Made by a program: the position numbers and the translations under genes. The notes below the pieces were generated by a model. That model searched no databases, was not told where the DNA came from, and was given only the letters and a program-made list of their open reading frames with translations. A stretch of 64,000 bases of DNA from Yuukianura sp. NJ FZ-2021 (Eukaryota): contig CM102283.1 in NCBI GenBank assembly GCA_046563655.1, positions 1,984,001-2,048,000 on the forward strand, read 5' to 3'. Shown piece after piece: positions 1 to 12,800 of the stretch (position 1 is the first letter of the stretch; each line of letters starts with the position of its first letter).

Positions 1-1354
1 TTAGTTTTAACTTTGATGTGGCTTTCACTTTGACTCCAACTTTAGTTTTGACAGCTTTAACTTTGCGTCTAAAGATTTTAACTTCAGGTTTTCCTAACTT
101 TCACTTCGGTTTTTGCCCATGTTTTAACTGTGTGAGTTTGATTTAACTTACTTGACGGACTTTGACTTGAATTTTGACGGAATTTGAATTTTTATATTTG
201 AACAGTTATTTTCAACCAGTTGAAAATCAGTAATCCATCTTGTTCGAAAAAGAACTACTTTACACAATTGAGAATCGAGTTACGAGTTTTAACAAAAAGG
301 TAAAAGCAAACGGCAAAAGCAAAAATTTAATTATAGGTTTTGGAGGAGGACAGGTAAAGCATGCAAGGAAGGAAACTTTTTTGAAAGGAGTTTTTGAGGA
401 GAGGTTTTTCAACAACGGAGTTTTTTTTAGACTTTTACTTTTGTGTGGTTTTCTCGGCGGGAAGAAAAGTGAAAGTTTGAAGTTTGAAAAGTGAAAGTGG
501 GCGAGAACTGTTTTGTTGTCGAAGGAACAAATCCCCTTTAAAATGTGACTTTAGGAATTGAGACTTGTCTTTTTCCTTAACTTTTGAGTTTAAGTTTGTG
601 TCCTTTTTAGAAAGAAAGGATTAAATTGGTTTCCTTTGTAAAATTGTGACAGGAAATGGATGCTGAATTCTTGTTCTTTTTTCATTTTTTGGTTTTTTAT
701 TTTTTGCAAACCGATACGGAGTGGAAAAAGCCTGCTGTTTTGTGAGAGCAGTGGCGGAGTTCTCGGAATGAGATAACGAGTGTTTAGATTATTTTTAGAT
801 TGATGCAACCAAGAAATTGTGGCTCATCCCGACAATTTTTCCGTCTCCTTCTCCTTTGAGTCACTTTTAACACACAAAAAACAAACTTAAAAAGTAAAAC
901 TGTCTCTGAATACCACCGAGAAATTGGAAAAAGGAGTTCTTTTTTTAAGGTTTGGCGCCTTGGGTGCCACTTTTTTGTTTAATGAAATGCGGGAGATGAC
1001 AAATGGCTAAACTGTAATTTTCAACCGTTGCAAGTTACTAACTAATAAGTTACAACAGTGTAACAAACAAGTTACACAACAATAGTGTAATTATGACACG
1101 CAAAATAGTTAACCCGCAACCAAACACAATTAATCGCCAAATATTTTTCTCATATTAATACACAAATGTACACAGATGTACTTGCAAAAAAAATTTACAC
1201 ATAGGCTACACAAAAATTTACACAACAAATTTCACACACACTTTACATATAACATTAGGGACTAAATATTTTGGCAAGTCTGGTTAGTTGTAAGACAGAA
1301 AATACTATTTTTATTGTTTGATTTAAATATTTTTTTTTTGAAGGTTACAATGCA

Positions 1355-4300
1355 ATGATGGCTGCCTACATTCAACAACTTGCTATGCATAATTCACCGC
1401 CTACGCCAACAGTTCCATACGGCTACAATTCCTTGTCTTCTCCCTACTTGTACCCAGGATCTGGAGACTCCAGTGCCGCCTACACTCCAGAACAACTTCA
1501 CCAATACGATCGCTTACTTCTCCAGCGTCAGCAAGAACAGTTCGAGCGATCACAAGTCGAACAGCAGCGCCGTCTCCTCTCCGACTATGACCTTCGACAC
1601 GGTTCCGTGTCAACGCCAATTCCCAACCTCAGTCCACGCATCAGCATTCCATCTCCGTCACCCAATTCTCCGCAGGGGCCCTTCGGTGGTGCAGGGGGGC
1701 CCTTTCCAGCCCATCAAGCCTCCACGACTCCAACAGTGCCCTGGATGACCTCTGACCTTTACCACCACCATCATCCAATGACCCTCATTTCCTCTGCGAC
1801 ACTCTCTCCCAGAAGCCTAGCCTCCTCTACTCCATCGCCCATAACAACCTATGAGTCACTCAACCACTCGTACCTCTACAATCGCAAGTGTATTACGCCG
1901 ATTCCACCGCTGAAACAACCGTTTCCTGGCCACGGTGGGCTGTTCAGTCCACCGTTGTATCCCAAAGATGCTGGTCCAGTATCACTCGTAACGCATTGTA
2001 GAACGGGATCACCTGACCGTGGACGTCAATGTTCTGGGGGCGGAGAGTTGAATATGGAAGGTGCTGCAGAGTCAGAGGAAATTCCGGTTGTGGCGGAGGG
2101 AAAGGAATCGATCGTGGTAAAGCCAGAGAAGACGGTGGCCGTGGATTTTACGCGCCTCGAGAGCTTGATTGAGAAGCGCGTGGAGGATGGACAGACCGTG
2201 AACGTGGTCGCCCACGCACCGTTGAAACGGGAGGAACAGCATCAGCAAAATAAGAGACGGGCAGACCAAGGTCAAAGGTCATCGAGAAAACACCGCCACC
2301 AGCAGCATCAGCACCGTGACTGCAACGGTAATGAGATGAAAGTACCTGAAAACGAAAGAGGAGGAGAAAGTGAAGAAATTAAGAAGATCAAAAATGAAGA
2401 AGCGGAGATGAAGGAAGAAAAAGAGAGAAAACAGAAATCAGAAAACTATTTTTTGCCCATAAGTAAAGTAGTTGATGAAATGAATATTTATTCTTGTGAA
2501 GATGAAGTGGAACGAAGAGATGAAGATTCTGTGAGAACAGATCTGGAACGAGATGACGAAATGCTGTCAACATCACTTGATCCTCGTCATGACTCATCTC
2601 CTATGTCCATTGGTTCAAATCCTGTCCAAATACCTGGATTCATCATCACTGACAATATCCGGATGAAGAAGCAGACGTGGACGAAGAGTGTGAATGGATT
2701 AACTTGTGATAGTGGCAGTAGTCCACCACTGTTGGTGGCTCCTACTCCAGACAATGTTGGAGCTAATTGGCCTACAAGTAGTACTGTTGTTGGTGCTGGT
2801 GGTGGACATTTTAGTAGTAACAGTAGCAATGTAAACGTAGTTACGACGACAACGTCAAGTCCACCGACAACTTTTCCAAAGATTGTTATCCCCTCGGGGA
2901 GAGTCATTTGAATCTATTGGCAACGGTGGCCCAAGAAATTGGGCCGTACATTAGTCTTCTGCCGGCTAATCAGTCAACGTCACCGCGACGATTTGATGGA
3001 GTTGACTTGGATCAGCTGATTACAATTGAGAGTTGGCACGAAGAGGTTGACACTTCGGCGGAGTTGAAAGAAACAAAAGTTGGGGACCATGTTGAACCAA
3101 GAGTAGCAGAGAACCGGGAAATTTTGAATTTTGCTGAAAGTATTAAAGATGAAGATGAAATTATTGTTCGAGAAGAGGATCTTGTTGAGCGGATTTCGCC
3201 GAAAATTGATACAGAAGAGTCACTTGTCCAAAATCAGCCAATTTTTTCACCTAATCCGGAACCGTTCCAACTCAAAATTCCACAAATTGTTTCAAGACTT
3301 GAAAAAGTCAAGATGAAGAAGGAAAAGTTGGAAAAGAGGGCAACTGGCAGCGAAAGCCGGGAAAAGACGAAAAAGAAGCGGGAAACTAAATCATCAGAGT
3401 CAATTCAAAAGTCATCTCTTCCAGAACTTAAAGTAAAACCAAAGAAGATCAAAATTGAAAAGGAAAAGGTCAAAACCAAAACTGACGAGGTCAAACCTAA
3501 AACTGACAAAGTCAAAATCAAAACTGAGAAGGTCAAAATTAAAACTGAAAAAGTCAAAATCAAAAGTGACAAAGTCAAAACCCAAACCGAAAAGAAGAGT
3601 GACGTCGTGTCATCAGTTATCCCAGGATTAGACGTCCAATTGTCGTCAGAAAATCGTCCGAAATTGACATGCTTTTCGTTGTTCGACACTCCGAGATCGA
3701 AACCGACCATCCAAAGTCAGAAACTGACCACCTCTGGCTCCTCCTCCGAAGTCAAAAAATTGGAAAGCATTTATGACTTTGAGGTTGAAGATGTTTTGCC
3801 GCCAGAATTGAAAACTTTTAAACACTTTACGTCAATGGAGGCTACGTCAGAAGGAAAAGAAACTAAACGGCCCAAAAACAAACAATTTTCTATGCTCTCC
3901 CATCTCTACGCTTCAACCAAGAAGAGCTACGCAGGATCTCATCTTGCCCCAGCAGCAACTACTTCTAAACCTAAGGATCTCAAAGACAGAAATAAGAGTA
4001 ATAAGTCTCCTGATAAGAAAAGGTCAAGAGGTCAAGTTGTGACTAAAGGTCATGACCCACCAAATATCTCGCCAAGGGCTTCTAAAAAAGTCAAAATGTT
4101 GCGGACCTGTGACAGTTTCAATGGAACAACAACAATACAAGCAAAAGAGGAGAATTCAACAAAAGAAGAGGGAAATTTAAAAAAAGAGGAAGGAAATTCA
4201 AAAAAGTCAAAGGTCAGCTTGTCAGACGAAGTCAAAGAAAAGAGCGGGAAAGTCGTCAATTCCTCAACAGCTTCACGTCCAACCGCAATCGAAACTTTTT

Positions 4301-6565
4301 TGAGCGCCAGTATCAATACAGACAGCAACGGAACTGATTTGAGCACCGACTCGGGCAGCAGTACTACTTGGACAGCAAATCCTACTCTGGCTGTCACCGC
4401 CATCAAACTACCGCCGCTGCCTGGTGACAAGGTCAAGGTCACAAAGTCAAAGGTCAAAAGTCCGAAGATGGGGTCAAGTCTGACATTGACGAAAAGTGAA
4501 CCAGTTACCAGCACTTATGAAGGGAAAGAATACAAAAAAATGGCGGGAAAGCAGTTCCGAGAGCACAAAAAGCTGAAAGTTTCTCCGTCGACTGATGGAA
4601 CTTCAAATCCAATTTGGAAGAAATCCGTGTTCCCGGTATCTCCTGCCAGGAAAAAGCGAAGTGGGAGTCCACATCATATCAAACCGTGTCTCAAGGCAGA
4701 ACCAATTCGAACCAGAACTGTAGTCGACGAGGATCACGATCAAGCAATTGACGATGAATTGTTTTTGAATCTAACTGGATCCTCAGTTGACGAAAAATTT
4801 GAAGTTGAGAAGAATGAGAGGCAAGAAAAGGCGCCAAAACTCAAAATTCGAAAACCGTCAATTGACATGAACATTTTTAGTCGAAAAGTCAAGTCTTTAG
4901 AAGAAGAGAAAGTGATAGAAGAGGAGGCACATGGCAATGATTGGCCAGAGAAAGTTGTAATTGGTGGTCCAGAGGAAATGATAGACGAGATGCGGGTTTT
5001 AACGGAAATTGAAGGACTCTTTTATACTGGTAAGTTGAATGCTCTTGAACCGCCGGACGTTTATGGTGTCACGCTTGATAATGAACGAGGAGCACCGCCA
5101 CACATCATTTTTTCAGCCGAAGAAGTCCTGGAGGTGAGTAAATTTGAAAAAAAAAAAAAGATTTTGAAAAATTTCGGATTTTTTGGTTCTTTTTCTTATG
5201 ACTTTTTTTCTGGTTTCAGAAATGTATTCGAGAAGCCAAACCGTGGAAACCGTCACAGTTACCGCACGGCCTAAGAATCTGCGCCTACTGGTCTGCGATG
5301 TACTCCGGCCTCTATCCAGGTCATGTGTCAACTGACTACGACTTGACCTCTGACCTTGTTCCAGTGCAATTTGACGACGGTGATACTGGGGTGATCAAAA
5401 TTTGTGAAATTCGCCTCCTGGCGCCAGATCATCCCGTGAGAGGTGCGAAAATGAAATTTTGAGGGATGTGAGGAAGAATTGAAAATTGTTTTAAAAACTT
5501 TTTTTTTTTGAATTTTCCAGAATATGACCCGAACCCACTCCTGACGCTGGAAAAGAAGCACAGGAAGCGTCGCCACTCTTCGGCGGGTGGAGCTGGAGGA
5601 GTTGGAGAATGTTCTGGAGAGCATGAGGAAGATGACTGTGGAGAAGCGATTTGTGCCAAAATTGCGAAGCTGCAAGAGGCTGAAGTTGAGGAAGAAGATT
5701 TTTCAAGTCCACCATGCAATCGCTTCAAGTACTGGACATGGACTGGACTTGGAGTGAAACAAGGCAAAACAAAACAAAATCGACACAAGGAGTTCTTTCA
5801 AGGGATCCAAAGAGGTGAAGAAGTTATTAAGGTTGGAGACTCCGCCATTTTCATTTCGGAACAACAAAATCGACGACCATTCCTCGGTAAGTTAGAAAAA
5901 AGTTAAGAGTTATGGGGGGAAATCGCTACCAAAAACATTTAAAAAATCTGCAACCAAAAATATTTGTGCAACGTGAACTTTTTTGAACTTTTTTTCAGAG
6001 CAACTGAAAAGTCGTTTCTTTAAACTTTCTCATTGCAGATTCTTTGAAATGTTTTTGGAGGCGATCTCCCCCCCATACAGAATGTGAAAAAAAAAAGGAT
6101 TATTCGAAAACTGTTTTCATTTTTAGGAAAAATTGAAAACTTTTGGGAAAAGAAAGGCGTAAAAAGCGTTACGGTGCGCTGGTTTTATCATCCAGAAGAA
6201 GCCAAAACCAACAGGAAAATGCCTACGTTGCAGTATCCGGTAATTGATTGGCAGAAAAAATGAAATTTTGAAACTTGAATTTTTTGAACTGGAAAATTGA
6301 AATATCATTTTTTTTTATGGTTTTGTAGGGCGCCGTTTTTGAATCTCCGCATACAGATGATAATGACGTGCAAACGATTGCGAAAAAGTGTGAAGTGCTT
6401 ACTTTCAAGGACTTCAAGGCCAAGTACGGTAGTTTGTTCAGCAGTACTGGCGGGAAAACAGGAAAATCTACTAAAGCGGCTGCTGCAGCTCTTAGAGGGG
6501 TGTATTACATTGCTGGACACTATGACCCCTACGCTCGCAGCTTGAAAATGGCCTCTCTAAAGTGA
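1355..6565 (+). CDS. wge: Winged eye / TNRC18 / BAHCC1-like chromatin protein (long low-complexity N-terminus, Tudor/SH3-like domains, C-terminal BAH domain); spliced, possibly 5'-incomplete
   Basis: Exons about 1344-5133, 5220-5442, 5521-5886, 6127-6239 and 6329-6565, with GT-AG introns and consistent phases. Motifs: MRVLTEIEGLFYTGKLNALEPPDVYGVTLDNERG; LPHGLRICAYWSAMYSGLYPGHV...VQFDDGDTG; BAH core IKVGDSAIF...PFLGKIENFWE...VRWFYHPEE...FESPHTDDNDVQTIAKKC...YYIAGHYDP. One frameshift near 2896-2899. The AG acceptor at 1342-1343 implies an upstream exon. Confidence 0.9.
3461..3590 (+). repeat. 21-bp coding tandem repeat encoding (KTEKVKI)-like units, about 6 copies
   Basis: EKVKTKTDEVKPKTDKVKIKTEKVKIKTEKVKIKSDKVKTQTEK in the wge-like ORF. 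Confidence 0.8.
5911..6077. mobile_element. Small MITE-like inverted-repeat element in an intron of the wge-like gene
   Basis: Imperfect terminal inverted repeats of about 44 bp: TATGGGGGGAAATCGCTACCAAAAACATTTAAAAAATCTGCAA / TTGCAGATTCTTTGAAATGTTTTTGGAGGCGATCTCCCCCCCATA. TA at both ends. Confidence 0.7.
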
Positions 6566-7687
6566 AGCAGAGGTCAAAGGTCACGGAAAATCCAAGGCCT
6601 GAATCCATGATCTTAAAACTCAATCAAACCAATTTTCAATCATCTCCATTGAACCTAGATAGTCTGAACTGGAAATCATCAAAATCACGAAGAAGGCACT
6701 CCGGAAAATTTCGGATAACTTCGGAAAGCTTCGGAAATTTTCGGATAACAAGTGCTCCTTCTTCAAAAAAGTCTCTCCGGCCTTATTTTTAAAAACTTGT
6801 TTCTGCTAAATTGATGGTATTATTTGTAAAACTGTACCTTAGGTGTTAATACTTAGTATTTTAGTCAATGGCAGGAGAGGTTAATTAACTTATGCAATTC
6901 ATCAATTGATTCTTTGGTTAAGACTGGATTTTGCATTTGTTTTATAGGTTAAAACTCTTGTTATGTTAAGTTTTAGCTTTAGTTTTTAGATTTTAATTAA
7001 TTTGAGCTTCAGTGTCAGTTTAAATAAGGAATGTTGCATGGAAACTGGCAAGGTTGCGTACAATTGCATTTAGTTTTGGAATGAGAACAGGACGAAGGGC
7101 CAGGAGTCTTTCTTTCCTGTTCCCCCGAGGGGTAGAATCACAAAAGCAATGGAAATTACCAATTAATTCTGTGTCTCTGTTAATTAGTTGAACAATTTCG
7201 TTAGATCTTGACAGTGTACACTGGAAGCTTCTCATCTTTTAAAAATTGAAACAGAAGAAAAGTGGGACGACACGGCAAAGAACCGGACCAGGTTTTACTA
7301 CAAATGGTGTTAAAATTTTAGAAACTTTTGAAAAAACACATTGAACCACAAGAATGAAATTCCTATATTCTCTTGACATGAAAAAGAAAGATGAGAAGAT
7401 AATTTCAATAAATTATAATTTGTTCACAAGTTGCCTACCTTTGGATTTTGCATGCTCAATTCAATACTTTGGAATTGGTAACCTTGCATTAACATTAAAA
7501 GTAATTAACATTATAGCAATTACCTAGTTTTCTTTGGTTTAGTTTCTTTTAATTTATCAGATAGAATTGTAAAAATATTGTTTTTTTTACAATGTACAAA
7601 CTCTTGCAAAACTTTAGAACATTTGTCAAATTTTATCATAGTTTTGGTGTGTTTTTGGTCTTCTTTTTGATGAAACTTTAGTTGTGA

Positions 7688-9014
7688 TTACTTTTTGGCT
7701 TTCTTTGAATCAGGTTCGGGATTTGAATTTCCCGGGTTCTTACGCTTGGTCGGTTGGCGTGAAGTGGGACATGGAACTTCATCTTCCAACGTCTCAGAGT
7801 CACTCTCCTCATCCGAACCTTCACCAATGTCGTCAGCGTCCTGTGACAGAGTCGATTCGGTTCGGCTCTGATTTTGTGTCATCATTGGTGGCGTAGCAGT
7901 TGATGTCGTCGGAACCGAATCCTGGATTGGCTCATCTAAGTCGATGATTTCGCTGACATTGCGCATCACCTCGCTGATTTGACTTTGGTTGACCTCTGCT
8001 TCGCTGATTTGACTTTCGTTGGCGTTCGATCCGACGATTAGATTTTCGTTGGCTTCCGGTTCACCGTTTTGATTTTGGTTGGCTTCCGGTTCGCCGTTTT
8101 GATTTTGGTTGGCTTCCGGTTCGCCGTTTTGATTTTCGTTGGCTTCCGGTTCGCCGTTTTGATTTTGGTTGGCTTCCGGTTCGCCGTTTTGATTTTCGTT
8201 GGCTTCCGGTTCATCGTTTGGATTTTCGTTGGCTTCCGGTTCGCCGTTTGGATTTTCGTTGGCTTCCGGTTCACCGTTTTGATTTTGGTTGACGTCGACG
8301 TTTGGAGCATTTTCTTGACCGTCGTTTGGATTCCCGATGAGGAGAGGATCAATGGCGTCCAAAGCATCACGGATAGATTGCACTAACGGTACCAAGGCAT
8401 CCGTTATAATTCGACGCATGACTTGATCAACGACTGGAGTCCCTTCGACTAAAGTCAAATTGTGCGCCGCTGCCCATGCGCGAAGTTGTGCCTCCATTTC
8501 CGGCGTAATCGGTCCAACTTGGCCAATGGTGTGTCGCTGCCGCATAAACGAAAATGCCCCTTCATCTTCTTCCGACTCTCCTTCAGCCTCGTCATCTTCT
8601 TCTTCATCTTCCGAGTCCCATTCCACCTCATCTCTAAATGTAAAATACTTCTTTAGAACAAGATTTTTTATATTTAGATTTTTGAGAAACAAGAACTTAC
8701 AGGCTCTGAACCAAACGGTTCCTAGCGTTTATGAATCGCTCATGGGAAGCCTTCATGGCGTCGGTTTTGGACTCCGCAGGTAGCCGCGTCCACATGTTGG
8801 CTGCATTGTAACATTCATCGTCCAGTCGACTCATACTGGCATGAGGAAGTCGGTCACCAGCTTGGTCCAACGTGGTGCATTCCTGGTGTATGATGTTGAA
8901 GCATGTCGTGGCGACGGCCTTCGAAGTTCCTTCTGGCCATGTTTCGTTCAGTTCACCGGACGCTTCTGCCAGGTCGCGCAAAGCTTCACGAAATTCAGCT
9001 CGATCTCTCTCCAT
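7688..9014 (-). CDS. Uncharacterised acidic protein (~419 aa) with 10-aa Asn/Glu tandem repeats and a basic C-terminal NLS-like tail
   Basis: ORFs 8697-9155 and 7688-8692 join in frame through a 67-nt GTAAG...TTTAG intron (8634-8700). Starts MERDRAEFREALR and ends PTKRK...KKAKK. The start codon is uncertain. Confidence 0.7.
8042..8290 (-). repeat. 30-bp coding minisatellite, about 8 copies of NGEPEANQNQ/ENQ/ENP
   Basis: Direct repeats of ATTTT(C/G)GTTGGCTTCCGGTTC(A/G)CCGTTT(T/G)G with 30-bp period. Confidence 0.95.
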
Positions 9015-9819
9015 GATTCTGGCTTCTTCCGTCTCAAATTTTCCAAGAAAAAAGATTCCAACGTTGACGACAGTGAGGTGCTTCCAGTAGCAACGTTGGA
9101 GAGATTCTGACAAACAAAAAAACTGCGACCGGTCAAAGTGAATGCGCAGAATCAAAACTTTTCAAGTGATACAACCAGACTCTTCAAGATTATACGTTGT
9201 CATGGGGACACATTTCATTTTTTTAATTTAATTTTTAATTTAATACTTAATTTTTTAAATAAACTAATTTAATTTAACTTTTATTTATTTTTTATTTCAT
9301 TACTCTCTGGATTGGATGGATTGGATTTCGATACAAATTTTATCGAGGTTTGGAGACATGGACAAGGAGATGGCTGTATCGAATGGCTCTCACTCAGTCT
9401 ACAGCTGTAGTCGGACTTACAAAAACTCGGTGAAACATGTTTATCGGTTATCGATATCGTATAACACCATAACTTTATCTCCAGAATCCAGATATCGATA
9501 GCTTTTATCTCAGGTAACATCGAAAGTTCCGAAGTTTCAGATTCTGATTACTTTGGAAACGCACATAGTGCATATAATGTAATTACATATGTACTAATGA
9601 TAATGAACATCTATACTACGGCTTGCGCGTAGGATAAGGGCGGTGGCATCTGTTATCGCAGTTTCTTCGAGCTACAGCTTGGCAATTTATTTTACATTAA
9701 CACGATTTATAATGGTTTGCATTACTGAGTTTAGCACTGTTAGTTAATTTCAGTAGTCTTAAATTGAATAAGTTAGGTTTGTTAGGCTCAAAGTTGGTTA
9801 GGTTAGTCTAACTTGTCAC

Positions 9820-12800
9820 TCAGCCGTTGTGGTAACACAGTGTGATAATCAGTAAGACTGGGATTGCTCCAGAGGTCAACTTTATGGCACTTGACAGAGT
9901 ATCGGGTCCATCCGATCGTTCCCTTTCAGCCGCAAGTCTTGCAACACGACACTCTTCGCTACATTGAGCCTCGTCACAAATGTCGCAGATCCTGGTTGTC
10001 GGTGGAGAGTAGAATTGTCTAAGGAAAAAACGGTATGTGATTACACTAACATTTTGTTAATTGAAAAAATTAGTTTATGTCAATACCATACCTTGCTCTT
10101 CTAGAATTGTCGTAGTAATCGTAGACCTGGATAAAGGCTGGAGCCTGTTTTGCCACTGGGAAGACTCTGTAAGCTGACACCGTTGGACAGACGTCGGACT
10201 TGTTCAGAGAACTGAAGTAGACAACCAACTTCGAATCCTGATCGGTAGTATCATACCGTTTTATCTACAAAGATATACAACGATAAAATGTTATCGACAA
10301 CCACTGACGTTGAATTCTCTGCGATAGTTTTACCTCTGGATAGTGAAGAAGATTTGGAAGTCGATCGGTATTGAGAGCATATCCCGTTGGGACATTGACT
10401 TCCATGACGGCCATATTGGACTCCTCGTCAGTCGAAGCATGAGTGCAGATTGACAAATGAAGTTGGTTGGAATTGGAAGACTTGTCAACTTGTGGATCGA
10501 GGGAGAATAATGGCCATGGTCCACTGACATCCAGGTTGTAGCTCGACGACAACTGAGCAATTCCTATTCCAGTTCCAGTTGCAGTTAGGTGTACCCATGG
10601 AGTTGATGCTGGAAGCTGAAAAGTAAGTCGATCATTCACATCTTACAGGTCAAATTCAAGTATTAGCCATAGTATTGTTTTTACCTGTATTTCGTCCAGG
10701 ACAATTGCATTGTTTTGATTCAGTTTCAGATTGTGAGTTCCCCCTGGATAGACTACTCGGACACTCATGTCCGGTGGACCACTTCGGACCGACGTGGCGA
10801 ATTTAGTCAATGCCGTCAGTCCCACAATAGTGTCTTGTGTCGACAGGAATCCTCCTTCTGCATTCCTCTGCGTCAGTAACCATCGAACTACCGGTAGTGA
10901 GTCGGCTAAAAGTAATTCAAGTTAGTCAATAACAATTATTACTCTTGATTACAAGTATTTACTAAAGTAATTAGTAATTACTAATTAGATTTCTGTGGGT
11001 GTAGCACAGAAGGGCATAGGACGTCGTCTCGACTGCAATCGGTTTGGGGTTGGCTGTCCAAGGATTCTTTGCATCCACGGCGGTCTTTGGCCTTTCCCAG
11101 TGTTTCATATCCGCGTCTTCTAAAAATACAGGCAACGGTAGTTTTTAAAAATTTTAATTTTCAAAAATTTTTGAAAACTGCATTTACCTGACAGAGTCGC
11201 TTTCGTTTCCATTATGTTGAAAACGTTTTCCTGGAATGGATGACTGCTGAGTTGCAGAAGATACGCAACGATGGAAATGGCATAAGGATCTTCCAGTCCT
11301 TGCAGTTCTTTTACAATGTAGTCCATTGCAATGTTCTTGGCCAATGAGAATCTTCCGTTGGATGTGTCCAGGGTTCGGTCCATTTCGGCTTCAACGAGCG
11401 CAAGCGTCACGTACGCAGTAAGAGCAATTCCAGTCGATGATCCTCCTTGAATCTCCGTGTCAAAAACTCTGCCGATCTCTGGAAATCGCCCGCTTCGTTC
11501 CTGCTTCGAAATCAACCAGTTCAGTCCCTTGTCAATCACATCTAAAATTAATCAAATTAATCAATTAGTCGAAACTTGTACAACGTTGAAGCTGTAATTT
11601 GTTTAATATAGGTGATCCACTTGACCTTTGACCTTCAGTGCTTACCTTTGTCAATGAAGATGTGTTTTTTGGCGGCAATGAACGACCGAACGACAAATGC
11701 TGTGAGCCAAGTTGACCCTGTGGGGTCAGAGGATCCAAATGCTGAAAATGAGCCATCTTCATGTTTGTAGGACAATTGACGCTGGTAACCAACTTCCAAG
11801 TACTTCAAAGCCTGTTCCTGAATTGCATCATTGACTTGTCTCGTGGCCTAAAAAATTTGAAGTTCGATTTTTTAGAAATATTTAGAATTTGATATTGGAG
11901 GTTTAGAATTCATTTTGAAATTTAATTTGTTTTTTTCAGGATTAGCATTCAAGTGGAAGCGTTTGTTTGCTTTGCAATGCAAAGTACTATTGAAATTACG
12001 TGTGTCTACGGCGTGTATGCACAACAGCCTTGCACTTTGCAAAAAATTCGCACAGTTTTGCTTTTGCTATGCAAATGCAATGCTTGTGGAAGTGGAATCT
12101 AAACTACTTTTGAGATTATTTTGTTCTACCAGAGGGACATTCTGAGCAGTTCCTAATATCTGCTGGGGGTGTAGCTCAGTTGGTAGAGCGTACGCTTTGC
12201 ATGTGTAAGGTCCGGGGTTCAAACCCCCGCACCTCCAATACTTTTTTTCTTTTTGTGATTTTTGAAACTTAATTAACGTTGTCGACGTAGCATAACCTGA
12301 ATTTCCTCATTTTTTCATTTAGTTTTTCATTTTTTTTAGTTCCAACTTCCAAAATCCAAGTTCCAATTTACCTGTAGATAGTCGAGTACCAAAATGTCCG
12401 GAACGAAATGGATCATGTTCTGTTCTCCACAACCAGTAGGTAATTCTATAAATTAATTAATAATTAAGAGTTATGTTAAGTTCATTATTATTATTATATT
12501 AATTATGTTAGATTAAATTCGACTTGCCAAGTAATTTCTCAAGGTTGGTGATGGCTGGACCCAGAATGTCCGAGACGATTGACACTTTGACAGAATCCGA
12601 ATCCGGAACTCGTTTGAGCGGGAATTTGGTCGTGAAATTCAAACTGGCTGACCGCGTTGTACGCAGGTCAAGGAGTCCCGCCGTGTTTAGATTCTGTTTA
12701 TGTCCTGGTGGTTTAACCTTCAAAGGTCTCGTGACAGCATCACCCGCCAACCTCGTCTGAGCGCGAACATTCAAATCCACCAGCCCTACCTTCGTGGGCG

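Noticed and set aside
3405-4514. Hydrophobic minus-strand ORFs resembling membrane proteins
   Set aside because: Antisense shadows of Lys/Glu-rich wge codons.
8038-8386. Alternative-frame and antisense ORFs (NRKPTKIKTA / VGFRFAVLIL repeats)
   Set aside because: Shadows of the 30-bp repeat, which lacks stops in several frames.
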